A stretch of 64,000 bases of DNA from Asterias rubens (Eukaryota): the NCBI RefSeq assembly GCF_902459465.1, contig NC_047073.1:2976001-3040000 (forward strand), in the 5' to 3' direction. The position numbers and the translations under genes were made by a program. Below are positions 47,401 through 62,400 of this stretch, in pieces (positions within the stretch are counted from its first letter, which is position 1; every line of letters starts with the position of its first letter). The notes beneath the pieces are model-generated. The model was given only the letters and a program-made list of their open reading frames with translations, had not been told where the DNA came from and did not search any database.

Positions 47401-50400
47401 ACCAAGATAGGAAGGCTGGTGGGGCATTAGTTAAACCATGAACATTGAATATCTAGGCACACGATGTAAGTATGTATATACACCTCTTATTCTGCAGAGG
47501 TGTGATTGCGGAATGAACGGAGTGGTCTCTGTATGCACGACAAGTTTTTGTAGCGATGGGTTATGTATGCTCGGCTGCCATTGGCACATGGTTTGTACAA
47601 CAAACATACTACATTCATAATCGTATGTAGTTACTTCTCAGTTTGGCAAGGAGTCTAAACCTTAATTTACCGAGCAGTTCTAAATGTCAGGATAATGTCA
47701 GGATAAAGCTGTTTAACACTGGACAATATTGGTAATTATAAGAGATATTAAATTTGCATCGGGGATGAAGAACATTAATTTTGGTTTGTACCCATACACC
47801 GATGTGTGTTAGCACTTTTTATTCTGCACAGTCCCGAGTCCTGTGAACAAAATATCACAGGCATGTTACTCGGTAATTGTCAAAGACCAGTCTTCTCACT
47901 TGGTGTATCTCAACATACGCCTAAAATAACAAACCTGTGAAAATTTGTATCTCAACATACGCCTAAAATAACAAACCTGTGAAAATTTGTATCTCAACAT
48001 ACGCCTAAAATAACAAACCTGTAAAAATTTGAGCTTAATTGGTCTCGTCGAAGTTGCGAGATAATAATTTATCGTGTCACTATAGTTTTACTCTCATTGA
48101 AAAAAGTCAACAAATATTGTTTTTCCAGTGCATTTCCTGGAATAAGGAAGACGTGCTTTTGTGTCCAGAAGAATCCACTTGCCACGTAAGCTCATCAGGC
48201 ATGTGCTTCGTTTTTGAAAGGGCAAGGGCACCAAGGCATTTTCTCCTCGGTAAAGGGTAGGGCTCCCTATGAGGAAATTGTAAACTTCTACCGGGGCATT
48301 TCAAGGGCATAAAGGCAGTGACCAGGGGGCATGGAGGCAACCGCCTTCACTGCATCAGTGAAGTATCAGGTCTTTAAAGGCAGTGGACACTATTGGTAAT
48401 TACTCAAAATAATTATCATCATAAAACCTTTCTTTACTACGAGTAATGGGGAGAGGTTGATGGTATATGAAACATTGTGGAAAACGGCTCCCTCGAAAGT
48501 GACGTAGTTTTCGAGAAAGAAGTAATTTTTCACGAATTTGATTTCGAGACCTCAAGTTTAACATTTGAGGTCTCGAAATCAAGCATCAGAAAGCACACAA
48601 CTTCGTGTGACAAAGGTGTTTTTATCTTTCATTACTATCTCGCAAATTCGACGACCGATTGAGCTCAAATTTTCACAGGTTTGTTATTGTATGCATATGT
48701 TGAGATACGTCAAGTGAGAAGACTGGTCTTTGACAATTACCAATAGTGTCCACTGTCTTTTAGCACGTACACTTCTTTACTCATGTTGTTTTGGCTCCTC
48801 ACGTGCACGCACTTTTGTTTTGGACGCTATTGGTGTGAACTAAAATGTTAACTCAGCACTCAAACCTTGGTTTCCTGCCGCCCATGAGATTGAGTTGGCT
48901 ACAAGACTACTGGTTTAATGGCTTACATGCTCGAATGAAGTCATCAGTGTGTATAACAACCCATTACTTTCTTACACACTGTCTTTCGTTTTTCCTGGGT
49001 AGTTTTAGAGCTAAGTGTTTTGCGATCACTGATGCATGGCCCGGTAAATATTTTTACACGTTGAGTACTGCCTCATATCCAGCAAAGTGACTTTCCTTAG
49101 AAAGTTAGTTTTTCACTAACTGTAAATTGTAGCCCGTATGGACCTAGTGCATTAACGTAAAACGATGATGAACCAATCATCATTATCATCAAGCTGGAAC
49201 CACCCCTTGATGGATGCCCCCCCCCCCCCCCCCATTTGCAATTTCCATTTTCTTTTCCGTCACTTGTCATTCTTTAAGTTGCCACCTTGATTTGAAACTA
49301 TGGAACCGCACACCTAATTAAGCGTGTCCCACAGTCATGATTATGGCCTAATGAACTATCTGACCTCTTGAAGAGGGTGTCCCTCTCAAAATGACGTCAT
49401 GTGTAGACACTCTAAACACTTCCGGGTCAGAATTTACCAGATCCGGGTCCCATCGGGCCTGATCCGTTTTGGGGTTAGTGTGACCCCAAAAACTACCGAG
49501 AAAAGGGTCAAATTGACGCAAAATCGGGGCACAAAAACTCATTTCATTAAACCATTCCCCGTGTCATCAAAGAAAGCGGCCAATGCAAGGGGTATATCAG
49601 CCATTGGTTTATATCCCGCACATAAGCGATTCTGTGTACATTAATTTAATTCACAAAATGTTGCAGGAAGTAGCCGCGTGTGACGTCAGAGCAAGAAGTC
49701 AGTGAGTCGAAAGCAATCAACTTTGAGATACTAAACCTTTTAAAGTAATATTCTTTCGCCAGAAGACGATCAGAGCGTACTGATCGAAACGTCGAGTTGA
49801 AACCAACGGTTCTCAGCTGACGGTTCTTTTCAGAACCACCCCAACTCATTAGAGATAGTCATTACATGGTGTTACCGCAAACCTTTCCATATCGTATTTC
49901 CACCATGCAAAGTTTCAAGTCCTACTTAAAATAATATTACTGCATTTTTAACTTTATATGCCTTTCAATGTTTCATTTGGATGCTTTGGGAAATTCGTAA
50001 AGCGAACGCACCATAATGAACCTTCTATGTCCAGACTTACCAATAATGCTTATGTACAGGAATTATGCATGCACGGGGGCAACATACAGCAAGAAATCAC
50101 GCCGGGATTGTCTTACCGAACACCGGCGGCTGTAGAGCCTTCGTCTCCACTCGCAAAATCCTACCCGGATCGGCCTCAAAGAGACGCACGTGGCCTTTCT
50201 GAAAAGAGCAAACATAAAGACCGGAGATAAACTGGAGGGGAACACTGAGTCAACAGACACGCATCTCACTCGAGGGAAGAGTCACCAGTTGGATCAACAG
50301 ACAGATGGAACTGTTTCCAGTTTAGGTGATGGGGGTTATATAGGCCCACTGGCGAAGAGGGTAACAGCTTTCATTTAAGACGTGAGGAGAATTTGAAAAC

Positions 50401-53400
50401 AAAATGAAGATGCGGCTAGCAAGGTTTTTGTGTCTTTACTTCAATGGGATATCTGCGGCATAATACAGTGGTGAACTATTATCATGAAGCCTTAAAGAAA
50501 ACAATTTGTAAGGTTTTAGACTTGATTCAAGGCGTTGCCTCGTATGTACATGCACTGATTATAAACTTTAAGAAGGATCAATCCATTCACGAATGACTAT
50601 CAATCGAATAGACGGACGGCGCATTAATTATATCATGATTACTGAACTATGTAGTAGTTCAGTATCTTTCTCTAGATCGGGGTGGCAAAACCGCGTGAAC
50701 GTTCACGTTACCAAGTCTGTGAGAAGCTGCGTCGTTGGCTGTGTTTAAACGCTTCCTCAAGACATTTTTTATTTCCAGAACCATCCTAATTTGCTTCTCT
50801 TTTTGTTTCTCTATCAGCCTGTCGTTGGTTTTGTTTTTGTTCTTATGTTGCCCTCCCTTTGTTAATGATTGTTAGGCGCTCTGTTCTTTGTATAGCGCCC
50901 TATAAATGTTTTGTATTATTATTATTTATTATTAACCCGCGACAGCTGCGTGGGAATATTAGTTCGCCTGAGCTTAGCACAGCCTCTTGTCTTGTGCACC
51001 CACCACACCCCTCCTTTCTTCTTATGCAGTGTATACACAGGTGAAATTGAGGTATAAAATAAGGTGAACATTTTGATTATTCTACTATGATGTCAGCTTG
51101 GTTTATTTCGGCAAAGCACAATACAACAAAATGACGTAAACCTCCATAAAAAGAAACATTGATCATTGTACCTATATAGAGCGTGTCACAAATTCATGAT
51201 ACTATGTAGAACGTCAGTAGTGACGTCAAGTATCTAAACAGTCACCAAAATGTACATAAAGCCGAAGCAAAACAAAAAGGGCCGTATGCAAAGCACGACA
51301 TTATTGCGTCACTCGCCAACTATTTGTTTTTTTCTTGAATTAACTGTTATCCTTGCCTGCCCTGACTAGAGAAAAACTATGAAGAATATTCCTTCACACT
51401 GACTTGACATCAAAGTGAGCTTGATCTGAATGATTATGTGCTACCCATACATAAGTTCCGTGTTTGACGTCAACAGTTGACGAGGCTTTGCCGAGTAACA
51501 AGCCGTATGGTCCCCGTATGGTCTAAGCTCGCCTCGGTGATGACAAATCTCACTGACGGGCCATGAAGGTATATTGCCCGTGGATGGAATAACCCAGATT
51601 TAAGGATATGTGATAATACACGATTCTCAGTGATTTTAATTTGTTTCTAATATAGCGTCTGACATAAAAAATCTCAAAACGCTGTACAGAATTTTACATA
51701 ATTATTACCAGTTGACAACTAGTTGACTCTGATGAATGTTCGGTTTGGATCGACAGCTAAGGGCATCTCCACTATCAAATTTTATATATCTATACAAGAG
51801 TTATAAAAGTAACAGCTAAACAAGTCTTGAGATGTGCCCCCTTTCTTCTGAATTATCAAAATTTGATAAAAATCGTACAATGAAATCTCCATAATTAGAT
51901 TTGGTGACGCCTTCCATTTATAGGGTGCACAAATTGTGCCTGCAAAAAGTCCAGGCTCTGTGGCTCTTTTGTAAACATGAGATGGGTTAGAATCACATTA
52001 GAATAATGTGCAAGTGATTGTTTCCACAGAACTCGGGAAAGTACCGAGTATACAGTGCTAACACACATCACGGTGTATGGGTAAAAACCAAAATGAATGT
52101 TTCTATCAGGATGTAAGGCATTTGTTTCAAGCATATACAACTTATAGTCTCAGATAAACATTGGCTACTCCAGTTTTGTGAACGTGAAAAATCATAGTTT
52201 ATACATTTAAATTAATTAAAATACTATAAGTAAAAAAGTCCCGAACAAATAATTTCATATTGACTATGAAAGTGAGACCACCAACATAGGGCGAGGTAGC
52301 TCAGTTGGTAGAGCGCGGTACCGGCGCACCGGTACGTTAATCTGGAGGTCATTTGGTTCAAATCTCGCTCCAGTCGATTTGTCTCAAGTTGTTCAAACCC
52401 CAATTGATTGAAATACATGTTGACTTCGTTGACGTTGACTTCACGAGCAAAACGGAACCGTACAAAGGACAGGTTTATGACATGTTTCAGCATGCAGTAT
52501 GCCTAAATCAACAATTAAAATAAAATCAATTATAAGGGGCGTTTGAAATCACACTCTAAATGGATTGACGACTTTAATACCAGTTTACTTCTCCGTTTTA
52601 AGTTCCATTTTAAGCTTAAGGCGGGGAAAAAACCTTGAATTACCTTCAGATCAAAATAACACTGAAAGCCTCTATTCATTCCTCCACAGCTTGCAATTAA
52701 ATTTGAGAATCGTACGAGGCCAGCAACGAACAATTTGGCTCTACACCCTTTTTTTTTTCCAGCCGTTCGTCACTTGCAGTGTTTGCCCAGCAGTTAGTGT
52801 CATATCTGTTCATTCACGATGCTTTCTAGCGCGACTACCTTGTAGCACAAAAGACTCTGTCTCGAGTTCAAGCTTAATCAAATAAGGGGAAGTCGTTGAT
52901 TTGCAACTAATGGGAAAGTTACTTGGTTGTGTAATGATACATCAGTTACCGTTGAATTGGTGACCCACTTATCAGTATGTTAAAGGGTTGTATAATACGT
53001 TACGTGGTAACGAGTAATGGGGAGCTGTTAATAGTACAAAACATTGTGAGAACGGCTCCCTCTGAAGTTAAGTAGTATTTTGAAAAAAGAGGTAATTTTC
53101 ACTCAAATCAGGCCTGAAGTAATTTTTTGAAAGCAAATAAATTTGCACAACACTGGTGTTTTTTTCTATAATTATTCTCTTGCAACTTCGATGACCAATT
53201 GAAACCAAATTTTCACAGATTTGCTATTTTAAGCAGATGTTGTGATACACCAAATGCGACTACTGGTCTTTGATAATTACCAAAGGTGTCCAGTGCCTCT
53301 AAAGGCTAACTTGAATAGAAGTAAAATAGACTACGGTTATGGAAAAAAGTTCAACGTGCTGTCCCCAAAATTTGAAGAAGGAGCGCCCGTGGTAATGCTT

Positions 53401-56400
53401 CTAAGATTGTGTATTCCTGTACTTATGCAGTGATCATTCTACCTGCGTGGACATTATTTAAAGCTCCGGATTTTTGGTGATATCTTTAAAACGTGTACAC
53501 TGTTTGAAAGTAAATTTGTATGGGTTAGTTATACTGTATAATATCTACATTTATATAGGATTTAAAAATTCGAACGGTTCCAAAAACGAAACTTATACTT
53601 TCCCTTTAAGCAAAATAATATTGAGGGCTTTGATTTGCAATTAATGGGAAAGTTGCTTATGCTTAGTCGTGTAAAATTATGATTTATTACGATACATTAG
53701 TTATGATATACCAATGATGACCTACTTATTTTAAATTCACGAGTAAGCCCATGAACGCCATTCCAATTCCCCTATCGACTCTATTAGGCTTCAGATTGAT
53801 GTTTACTTTGTCACAAAATAACCAAACCCACGTGCGAACTTTATTCCCAATGCGGTAGAGGCAATTTTTCTAATGGCTGGCTGTATAAAGGATGAATATC
53901 TTGCCTGCGATCATCTCGTATAAAAAATATCCGAAGTCAAAAACAACTACTTGATTTGATTTTCTTTGTTTCACCACACTTTCCCAATTTAAAATCTGGT
54001 ATTTTAATGCCATCTTGAATTAACCCACTCAAGTCAATGTAACCAAACCGAGGCTGGAATGGCAAATAGTCTGGTTCCCTTTTTTGTGTACAATCTTAAC
54101 AGCATGCATTACTGTTATTGGATACAGCGAACATAAACCAAGCTGGTGAAAACATCAGCCTATGCAATAACAATCGGTAGTTTTCAGTCACTGGACAAGC
54201 CCCGTTCAGATGTGCTGCTATTTTATTAACTCATTCTAGGCACATACCATTACATTAAGAAGACATTAAAAAAATATATATACATTTTACTCAGTCAGTT
54301 TCCCTTTGTGTATTATTTGATATTATTTTGAAATAAAAAGTCGCATTGTGGTCCCCCGGCTGCCGCTTCCCATGTTGTATAGTAAACTTGAATGTGATCC
54401 CTGGCTGCACGGCAGTTACAGGTTGTATGACTTCTCACTACACCCAGAACAAAGATATTGACAAACTAATAAGACCGCCAACATATACCTCAGTTGATAG
54501 AGCGACGACACGTAATTCTGGAGATCGTTGGTTAAAGTCCACCTCTAGTTAATTGTTCTTTGTTCAAGCCCAAACCCATTCAAATAAATTTGTGTTTATT
54601 ATTTGACAAAAAAACAATCAGCAAATCAGTACAAGGAAAATATAAATTCCGAAAAATCATTATAAAAAAAAATCAGTACAAAGAAAAAATAAATTCCAAA
54701 AAATCATTACGAATTCTTGTAAATTTTGTGTTCCTCTTCATTCGAATGAAGATGTGTCGGTTCCTTTGAGATTTGCCTTTTCACGCTAGAGAGCTCATTA
54801 GCCTTCGAGAATCCGTGATGCCTGTCGTTTAAGATTGTATATAAATAGATATGTAGATTAATCATCTATAGGGAAATCTATTCAGAGGTAGTTCAAGATT
54901 TCTAAATCTTCCCTGAAGGAATTCAAATGAGTGAGCGTAAAGCGCTCGCATTGTTGTAATAATTTTGTTGAAATTGCATTTTTCTGTTTTCATTAATACT
55001 GCTTCTTAAAGCTGCAAACTGAAGTGATAGGCTCCAGTGATTATTTACAATGGGAGATTTTCAAAAGCTTCAGCCGAACGTAAGGATTAATCCAGTTTAG
55101 ATGAAATTCAAGAATGTTATGATAATTTGTGTGAAAATTTGCAAGATATCTTTTGGGATATTACATCAACGTTTAGGGTGAGTATCTGCGTAACCACACA
55201 TTTTCAGTGGTTTGAGGCAAGTGGTATCTTGAGACCAAGGACAAAACAACAAAGGAAAAACAAAAGTAACCCATAGGAACATTCTAAAGACTGTGTCGCT
55301 CCAGAAGGAAAATTGTGGATTCCAAAGTCTATGAGGAACATAGGAAAGAAAGGGACAAAGGAAAGAAAAAAAGAATGTCCCACAAGGATGCATTTTAGAA
55401 AATGTGACACGAACATTATTTTGTGACTTGTTTACTCATTCCTCAAAAACTACAGAATCTCAGTTAGTAAGATTTGAAGGGAAGCTTTCAAACCATGTAA
55501 GTTTAGTTTGAATCTGTGGACATTTTGCAAAAAGTACCTGAATCCTTTAAAGTGTAGTCCTACATCCTTTCGATAAAACTAAAATCAATATTTCCACAAT
55601 AGTCAGCATAATATTATATAGCTGATCGTGACACTTCATGTTTTCTCTTAATTTCAGTTCATTTTCCAAAGTTCTTAGCTCCCTTTGTATGTCAAGGTCT
55701 CCTGTCTATTCTAAGCAATGTATCTGAAATGCACAAATCAAATAATCTTCACGACATACATGTACGTAGCGAGGTAAGCAAATCCAGAATTATGATGCTT
55801 CATGGTTGTACGGGACCTTGATGCATTTGTTAAAAGCCCGTCTGAGAAAACCGTAAAAAATATTTATTATTATTAAGTAAAATAGCCACTGGACTGCGAA
55901 ATACAACTGGACTGTAAGTACATGCGTGGAGAGAGAACAAATTGTATAAACTAATTTAAGTAATGCGCATAGCTTCCACATATTCCCAAATAACGCTTTG
56001 TCTGATTAAGGCAGCTAGAAATTTCACAGTGCGTCGTTTTGTTTTAAAGATAATTGCAAGTCCGCTAATTGTCAAAGACTAGGATTCTCACTTCGTGTTT
56101 TCCAACATATGCATAAATTAAAAACAAACTGTGGAAATTTGGGCTCAATTTGCTTTCGAAGTTGCAAGAAAACAATGAAACACACTTGGTGCACAAAAAT
56201 GCGAGTGCTTTCAGTTGTCAAGGCTTCAGGCCTAAAGTATTTTTTTCAGATTCAAATTTTTGGGTGAGAAATCCCCCCCCCCCCCCTTTCTCAAAAACTA
56301 CGTTAATTTACGGGCAGCCGTTTCTCACAATATCAACAGCTCTCCATTGCTTGTATATACCAACACGTTTCTATGCCAATAACTACTTAGAGTTTTTACC

Positions 56401-59400
56401 AACAGTGTCCAGTGTCTTTAAGCCTGGGGTGAAGTCAAATCACATCCTGTGTTTTCCACCTACCGAGGTATTTTAAAGTTTGCGTAAAAAACAGAGCAGC
56501 CGATTTCGGTTGAGAGTGGGCGTTTGGTTTGATGATTTTTACAGTCGATGTTTGTTGATAGTTGTTAAGTTATGAGGACAATATTTTTGTTCAATATTGT
56601 TTTTACTGAAGTATGTTGCATATAAACCAATATGGTAGCCAGCTAAAATCATGTATGATGTGTGTTGGTTTGTTTGCATATAGAGAGTACAATTTGTTTT
56701 GTCCGGAAACCATTTCTACTTGAGAGGGTCTCAATTAATTCTGTTTAAATCTTTTTTTTTTAATCACTCAGTAGCTGAGATACAGAATGTATATATATAA
56801 TAAACGTCAGAATAAAACAGTAATTGTTTTTTTCTTCATTTAGTTAGTGCTCGTTGTGAAGCCAAGGCCTCTCAATAAAGCAATCTGTTTCATGAACCCA
56901 AATGGAGAAAAGACAATGAAGGAGATTTCAGCTTTAGATGTGCACGGAAACCCCCCAACAAAATTACTCCAGGGAAAACCCACGCAGTCAAATAGGGACT
57001 GAACACTCAATCCATGCAGTGCCCCCAGTGGGGTTCAAACCAGGGTCCTAGATGTAGAAGATGGGGAAGTATACCACCACGCCAACCCAACCACCCTGTT
57101 CAAAAAAAAAACATAGCCCAAGTATACTCAAATTAATTAGGCCACTTCATTTAAATTCCCATAGCTTATTCCCCGAATGTGGGTCACACTGGCGAGGGAA
57201 CCTTGATCTTTGGTGGAATGACACCCAGCATTTCCCCCAATGAACCAACTATACATGGTCAGTGCATCCTGTGGCAATTAACTCATTAATATGTATAAGC
57301 CGGATAGAACAAAACAAAATATCTTCACTATACAATAACAAAGCATATAGGACTACAATAATCCCTGGTGGGATATCAGTATCCGTTGCACAAATTCCGA
57401 TGCTGTACGCAACAGAGGAGTCCAACCTGGGCTAGTTTAAAATAAGGGAATTTTGTTAAGTTGTTAGGCACAAGTAATTGTATTAATCATTAAAGATTCG
57501 AGAGCCAATAATTATATAAATAAATTAACGCCATATTCATGAATGAAGCTATAGTCACTGCATGCATGCAGAGCCCAAGTTGATTGAGCTGCTTATAGGC
57601 AGAGGAATTTGTTTAGCAACTTAATTCCTGCTTTGCAAACATAAGCAGAATACCAGCCACAAGCATGTTTCCGTTGTGCTTAGCTATTTTTTGAAGATTG
57701 AGCAGCTATATCAAGTTGGGCCCAGGTGCTCTGCGAATGCTTATTTGAACGACAGAGCTACTAAGCACCATATTCCATCTGAGTACAGCTGTGTCTAATT
57801 TTATATAGCTGCTTGAGCAGAAGTGCTTACCATTTTCTGCTGAGATAAAATATGCAAGTTATAACATGCTTGGTGCTTCTTAAAGGCAGTGGATACTATT
57901 GGTAATTACTCAAAAATAATTATTAGCACAAACCTTACTTGGTAACGAGTAATGGGGAGAGGTTGATAGTATAAAACAGTTTGAGAAACGGCTCCCTTTG
58001 AAGTAACGTAGTAATAACTTCGAGACATCAGATTTAGAATTTGAGGCCTCGAAATCAAGCATCTGATAGCACACAACTTCGTGCGACAAGGGTGTTTTTT
58101 CTTTCATTAATATCTCGCAACTTCGACGACCTATTGAGAAGACTGGTCTTTGACAATATTACCAATAGTGTCCAGTGTCTTTAAATTACCCATAATATTA
58201 ATTTAGATTACTTTTTGGGGTATCCATAAAGGTCTAGATATGTGTCAATTTTAACACTGTCAGTTTTGGCAGTGAACAAGCAACATTTCCGTAGTAGTCA
58301 CAGTAAAAAGTAAATAAAATTTAATTTTCGCAAGCATTATTTGTTTTGTTCTTAACTATTTGATGTACTTCATAGAGCTGAAGTAATACCATGGGCACTA
58401 AGTAAAGATGTTGTTTGTGCATCTATCGAGCGTACCCCCCCCCTCCCCCTACGACGCGGCTGCTTTGATGTTTTTATTTCATTATTATGCTTCAGGTATC
58501 CTAACATCACGAATGTAGGTTGGCTAATAAAGTTCCGGTTGTATGAATCTCATCGCACCCACTCCAACTCCCCCTTTTTTGAGTTTTCCCCCCATATTTA
58601 TCTCACAATCTGTATTTTTCTTTCACTAGTTTATCTAGAAGCAATATTTGTTATAAATAATAAAAAGTACTATCTCCTGACTAAGAAATTATTGACATTA
58701 CCTCACTCCACTATTGGGGTTTTACAGACATAATGTTCCATTTGCCCGTCGGGGACGTTGTGTGTTTACCAGCGATAATAACCCAATGAATATTTTGGTC
58801 TCAGAGCCATCAGTTTAGACTCCCAGGGCAATAGACAAAATAGACCAATAATAATTGTATCGACATGAGAATTGTTGTTCCCCATTTTCAAGGAATCATT
58901 ATTCGCATACATACAGAAACAATACCTCAAAAGGAATAACACATTAAAGATGTCATTTTCACTTCATAGTTCAGCTACCATACATAGAAATAGTTCAGTT
59001 ACCTAATTATTATAACAAACCTATGCAGGGGAGAAGTGCACGAGTAAACTACGAAGTACACTAGCCTGACCCAGTTTAACAAAAACATGTAAGCAAAACA
59101 ACACATGCTTATCCATGATAAGGTTACCAGCCACTGCTTCACAAAATCCGCATGTGACTGGTATCCGGCTCATTTTTGCTGAGCAGGAAATTGTAAAGCA
59201 ATGTAGAAGAATGCGACATTCAAAGGGAAAGTGAACATTTCATTTTTAGAACCCTTCGATTGTTTTAATCATAATTGCAGATTCTATTTACAATCAAACT
59301 AACCCGTGAATATTTGATTTCAACAGTTGGTTGCGTTTTTGAGATGTTGCCGAAAATCCGGAGTGGTTTTGTCCGCGCAGGAAGAATAATCCGTAATTGG

Positions 59401-62400
59401 AATAAACAAGCTAAGAACCGTATCCGACAACAACTTTTATCAGGTTCAATATTTGGGAGATAACATATTCGTCCATAACCGCATCACTTCAAGGTGAAAT
59501 TATTCTCAAAATGTTGTATACTATCGAAAGATGCTGAACTTCTGACCAAGTAAGTTTTTATTGCGATTGGATTTCCAAATCCCTTTACAGAATTCGGCTT
59601 GCCCTTGCATTAAGCCCCCACCTTCAACTCCACTGGGTGTGCCAGATATAATTTCTTTTTAAAAATCGATGATGTACTATTTCTTTTAAGAAAAAAACAT
59701 CAGTTTACGGTTGCATTAATTCTCAAATTCTCAATTTTATCAAATCACAAACTACAATGGATTGTGCGATGATCGTTACACGCGTCAAGTCTAAACATCA
59801 GTTTACGGTTGCATTAAGTCTCAAATTCTCAATTTTATCAAATCACAAACTACAATGGATTGTGCAATGATCTTTACACGCGTCAAGTCGTGCCTAAAAA
59901 TAAAATTATTTCGTACTTATAACACGCTCGCTCGCTATCACAATCTACTGCAGTCCTTTGGTGTATTATTCGTCGCTGTTAGAAACCAGCTAATTATGTT
60001 GTTGTTTGCATCAGTATTTTCATAATCATAGAAATTCTCACTGATAGAAACAATAACCATCCTTGGTAAGATTCCATGTACCATTAGGCTTGACCACTCT
60101 CCGGGTCAGGCTAACCCTGAAAGTGGTTAAAGAATGAGTTTTCAATTCATATTATTCTCAGTCATTCTGACTCGATTCTGTGTCAGTTTGACCTGGGTGC
60201 CGGGTCATACTGAATCAAAGATGGGTAAGTTAAACGGGACTCGGAAATTATTTCGAAATTATTTCGATTGAAATGTCCGTTGTTTTAGAAGTCAAACAAA
60301 GTATTTCGAAAATTTAATTCTCAAAAATTTGAGATTTCATTTGTGTTCTTTTATTAGGTCAATGCTGCGGCCGGAGAAGTGGACTTCGTTAAACGTGGGC
60401 AAAACAAAAGTTTTTTTATTTTTTGTATACACTGTCTCTAACTGGAACTTTCACATTGACTTTTATTGTATCTTAGTTGACAATCGTGACAACAAATCAG
60501 CATTACGTTGTCGAAAACCAATATATGACCCTATACCCTTCACTCCCACAATCACGAGTGCAACTCATAAACCTTATATCTAACTCATATATGAGCGTGT
60601 ACGATCGACAATTATTCTGGAATTGCTTAAGTGGCGCCTGGCGCTTTTTATTTTCATCCAACCGAGTAAGCACTACTCTTTGAATCAGATTCAAGTACGA
60701 GACGAGTAAGTGGGGCACCCATAAGTAACTCTCATCTTTCCTGCTTTTTGTGCCTTTTGGGAAATTCAAAACTACCCTTCTCCCTCCGGCACTTCTAAAA
60801 ACAAACCTTTCTCACCCGAAAAAGGTGTGAACATGAACGAAAGAAACGTATTCTTTAAAAGATCAGTCCTATAAAACTTCAATTAGATAAGAGCAACACA
60901 AAACCTTTTAACTGCCCGCAGGTTTTGTCGTAACGCCCGCAGTCTTTTTCGCGCCAAAATTCATACTCGAGAAAGCAGACACAATTTGCATTAAAAATTT
61001 GCCTTTTGCCTCTAGGCGCTCATACCTTTATTCTTTTCTGTTGAATTCGTTAATTTCTATTTTGCTGTGGAGTGAATGGGAAATCCTTGATGTCAGAGAC
61101 TGTAGGTTTCTAAACTTATCCACACGCTAGGTTAGACACAGTGTCCCGTGGAGATATTTTTGATTTGACTCAGAAATTATTATTATTATATTTCAAAATG
61201 ATATGATGGAACTGCCACTTCCCACTGACCGGAACTTTGAATGATTTGGGACTCGGGGACTCTACACATAGTTAACCCATAATAATATCGGTACACTGCA
61301 AAAACTGAGGTGTTACAGTTGATACCATAGGTGCTGTCACATTTTATAGATACCAAAGACAGATTTTGAAATTAATTAATAATAAATAATAATTAATAAT
61401 TAATAATAGAGAGTTAAAATAACAGCAATGTTATTGTTTTTGTAATGTTATTAACCATGGCGTAAACTGTGATCCTTTTTTTGGGGTATCTATGACAGCA
61501 TCCGTCTTTGCTTGAAGTGTGCGTATGGTGCTCCTGTCACATATTTTACAGATTTTAGATTTGTTATAATAATCTATCTTACCCTGTTAAGGCCTAAATG
61601 TATTTACTTTTTCCACATGAGCAACTATAGGCCAGCCTCTGGTGGGTCGATGAGGGACTGGCTTGCCCACAAGACTGTATAAGGCTTAATATTTTGTCCC
61701 TGGATTTTTTTCTTCTTCTTAGGTTTAGGCCTCGATAGACTTTTTAGGCTACTAAATTACTACAGTTTTTCTGATTTTTTTTCCCAAGAGCAAGAAAAAA
61801 ACAACAACAAAAACCCCAAAGAAACCGGAAATCTGACTAAAGTAGGAAGAGTTTCTTGCCTGATGGTTGAAAAAAACCTCCCGATTCCAATAATTTTATA
61901 TTTTTGCTTCAAGGAGGCTTATATCACGGCTGGATACCCCTTGTTTTCTGTTGAGGCTTTTCCGAACCCCAGTGCTGGTTTATTCATTGCTAGCGTCTTG
62001 AACTTGTTTTTCTCTCTCCCTCTCTCACTTTTCCAGATTCCCCGAAGTTGAGAGTCTGGACAAAGTGGTTTCGTGCCTTTTCAAAGGCTTTTGCATTTTG
62101 TCCGTCTCTCTCGTTCCAAATTCGTCGAAATATCTCTCCACTTGAAGTGTGTACATAAAACCCACACTCCGTTTTTTGACCAGATTGAGCAGCCTGCATA
62201 ACCGGTAATAATTACCGGTCTAGATGCTTACAGAAACGTCTGCAAGCAAGTCCCTGCTTTCTCTCGACCGTTCTAGTCTTCCTACTTAAAGGCACCGGAC
62301 ACCTTTGGTAATTGTCAAAGACAAGTATTCTCACTTTGGTGTATTAACAAACTTGCATGTAATAACAAAGCTGTGAAAATTTAGACTAAAATTGTCATCG

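Noticed and set aside
47904-48029. CRISPR-like repeat array
   Set aside because: Head-to-tail repeats without spacers in eukaryotic DNA, derived from a MITE.
52289-52370. Possible tRNA gene
   Set aside because: No cloverleaf or acceptor stem, an extra insertion in the anticodon arm, and a 3' tail shared with other dispersed copies; it is a SINE.
5903-58445. Many 10-18-nt poly-C/poly-G tracts as G-quadruplex signals
   Set aside because: Scattered without relation to genes; they look like generic homopolymer microsatellites of this genome.
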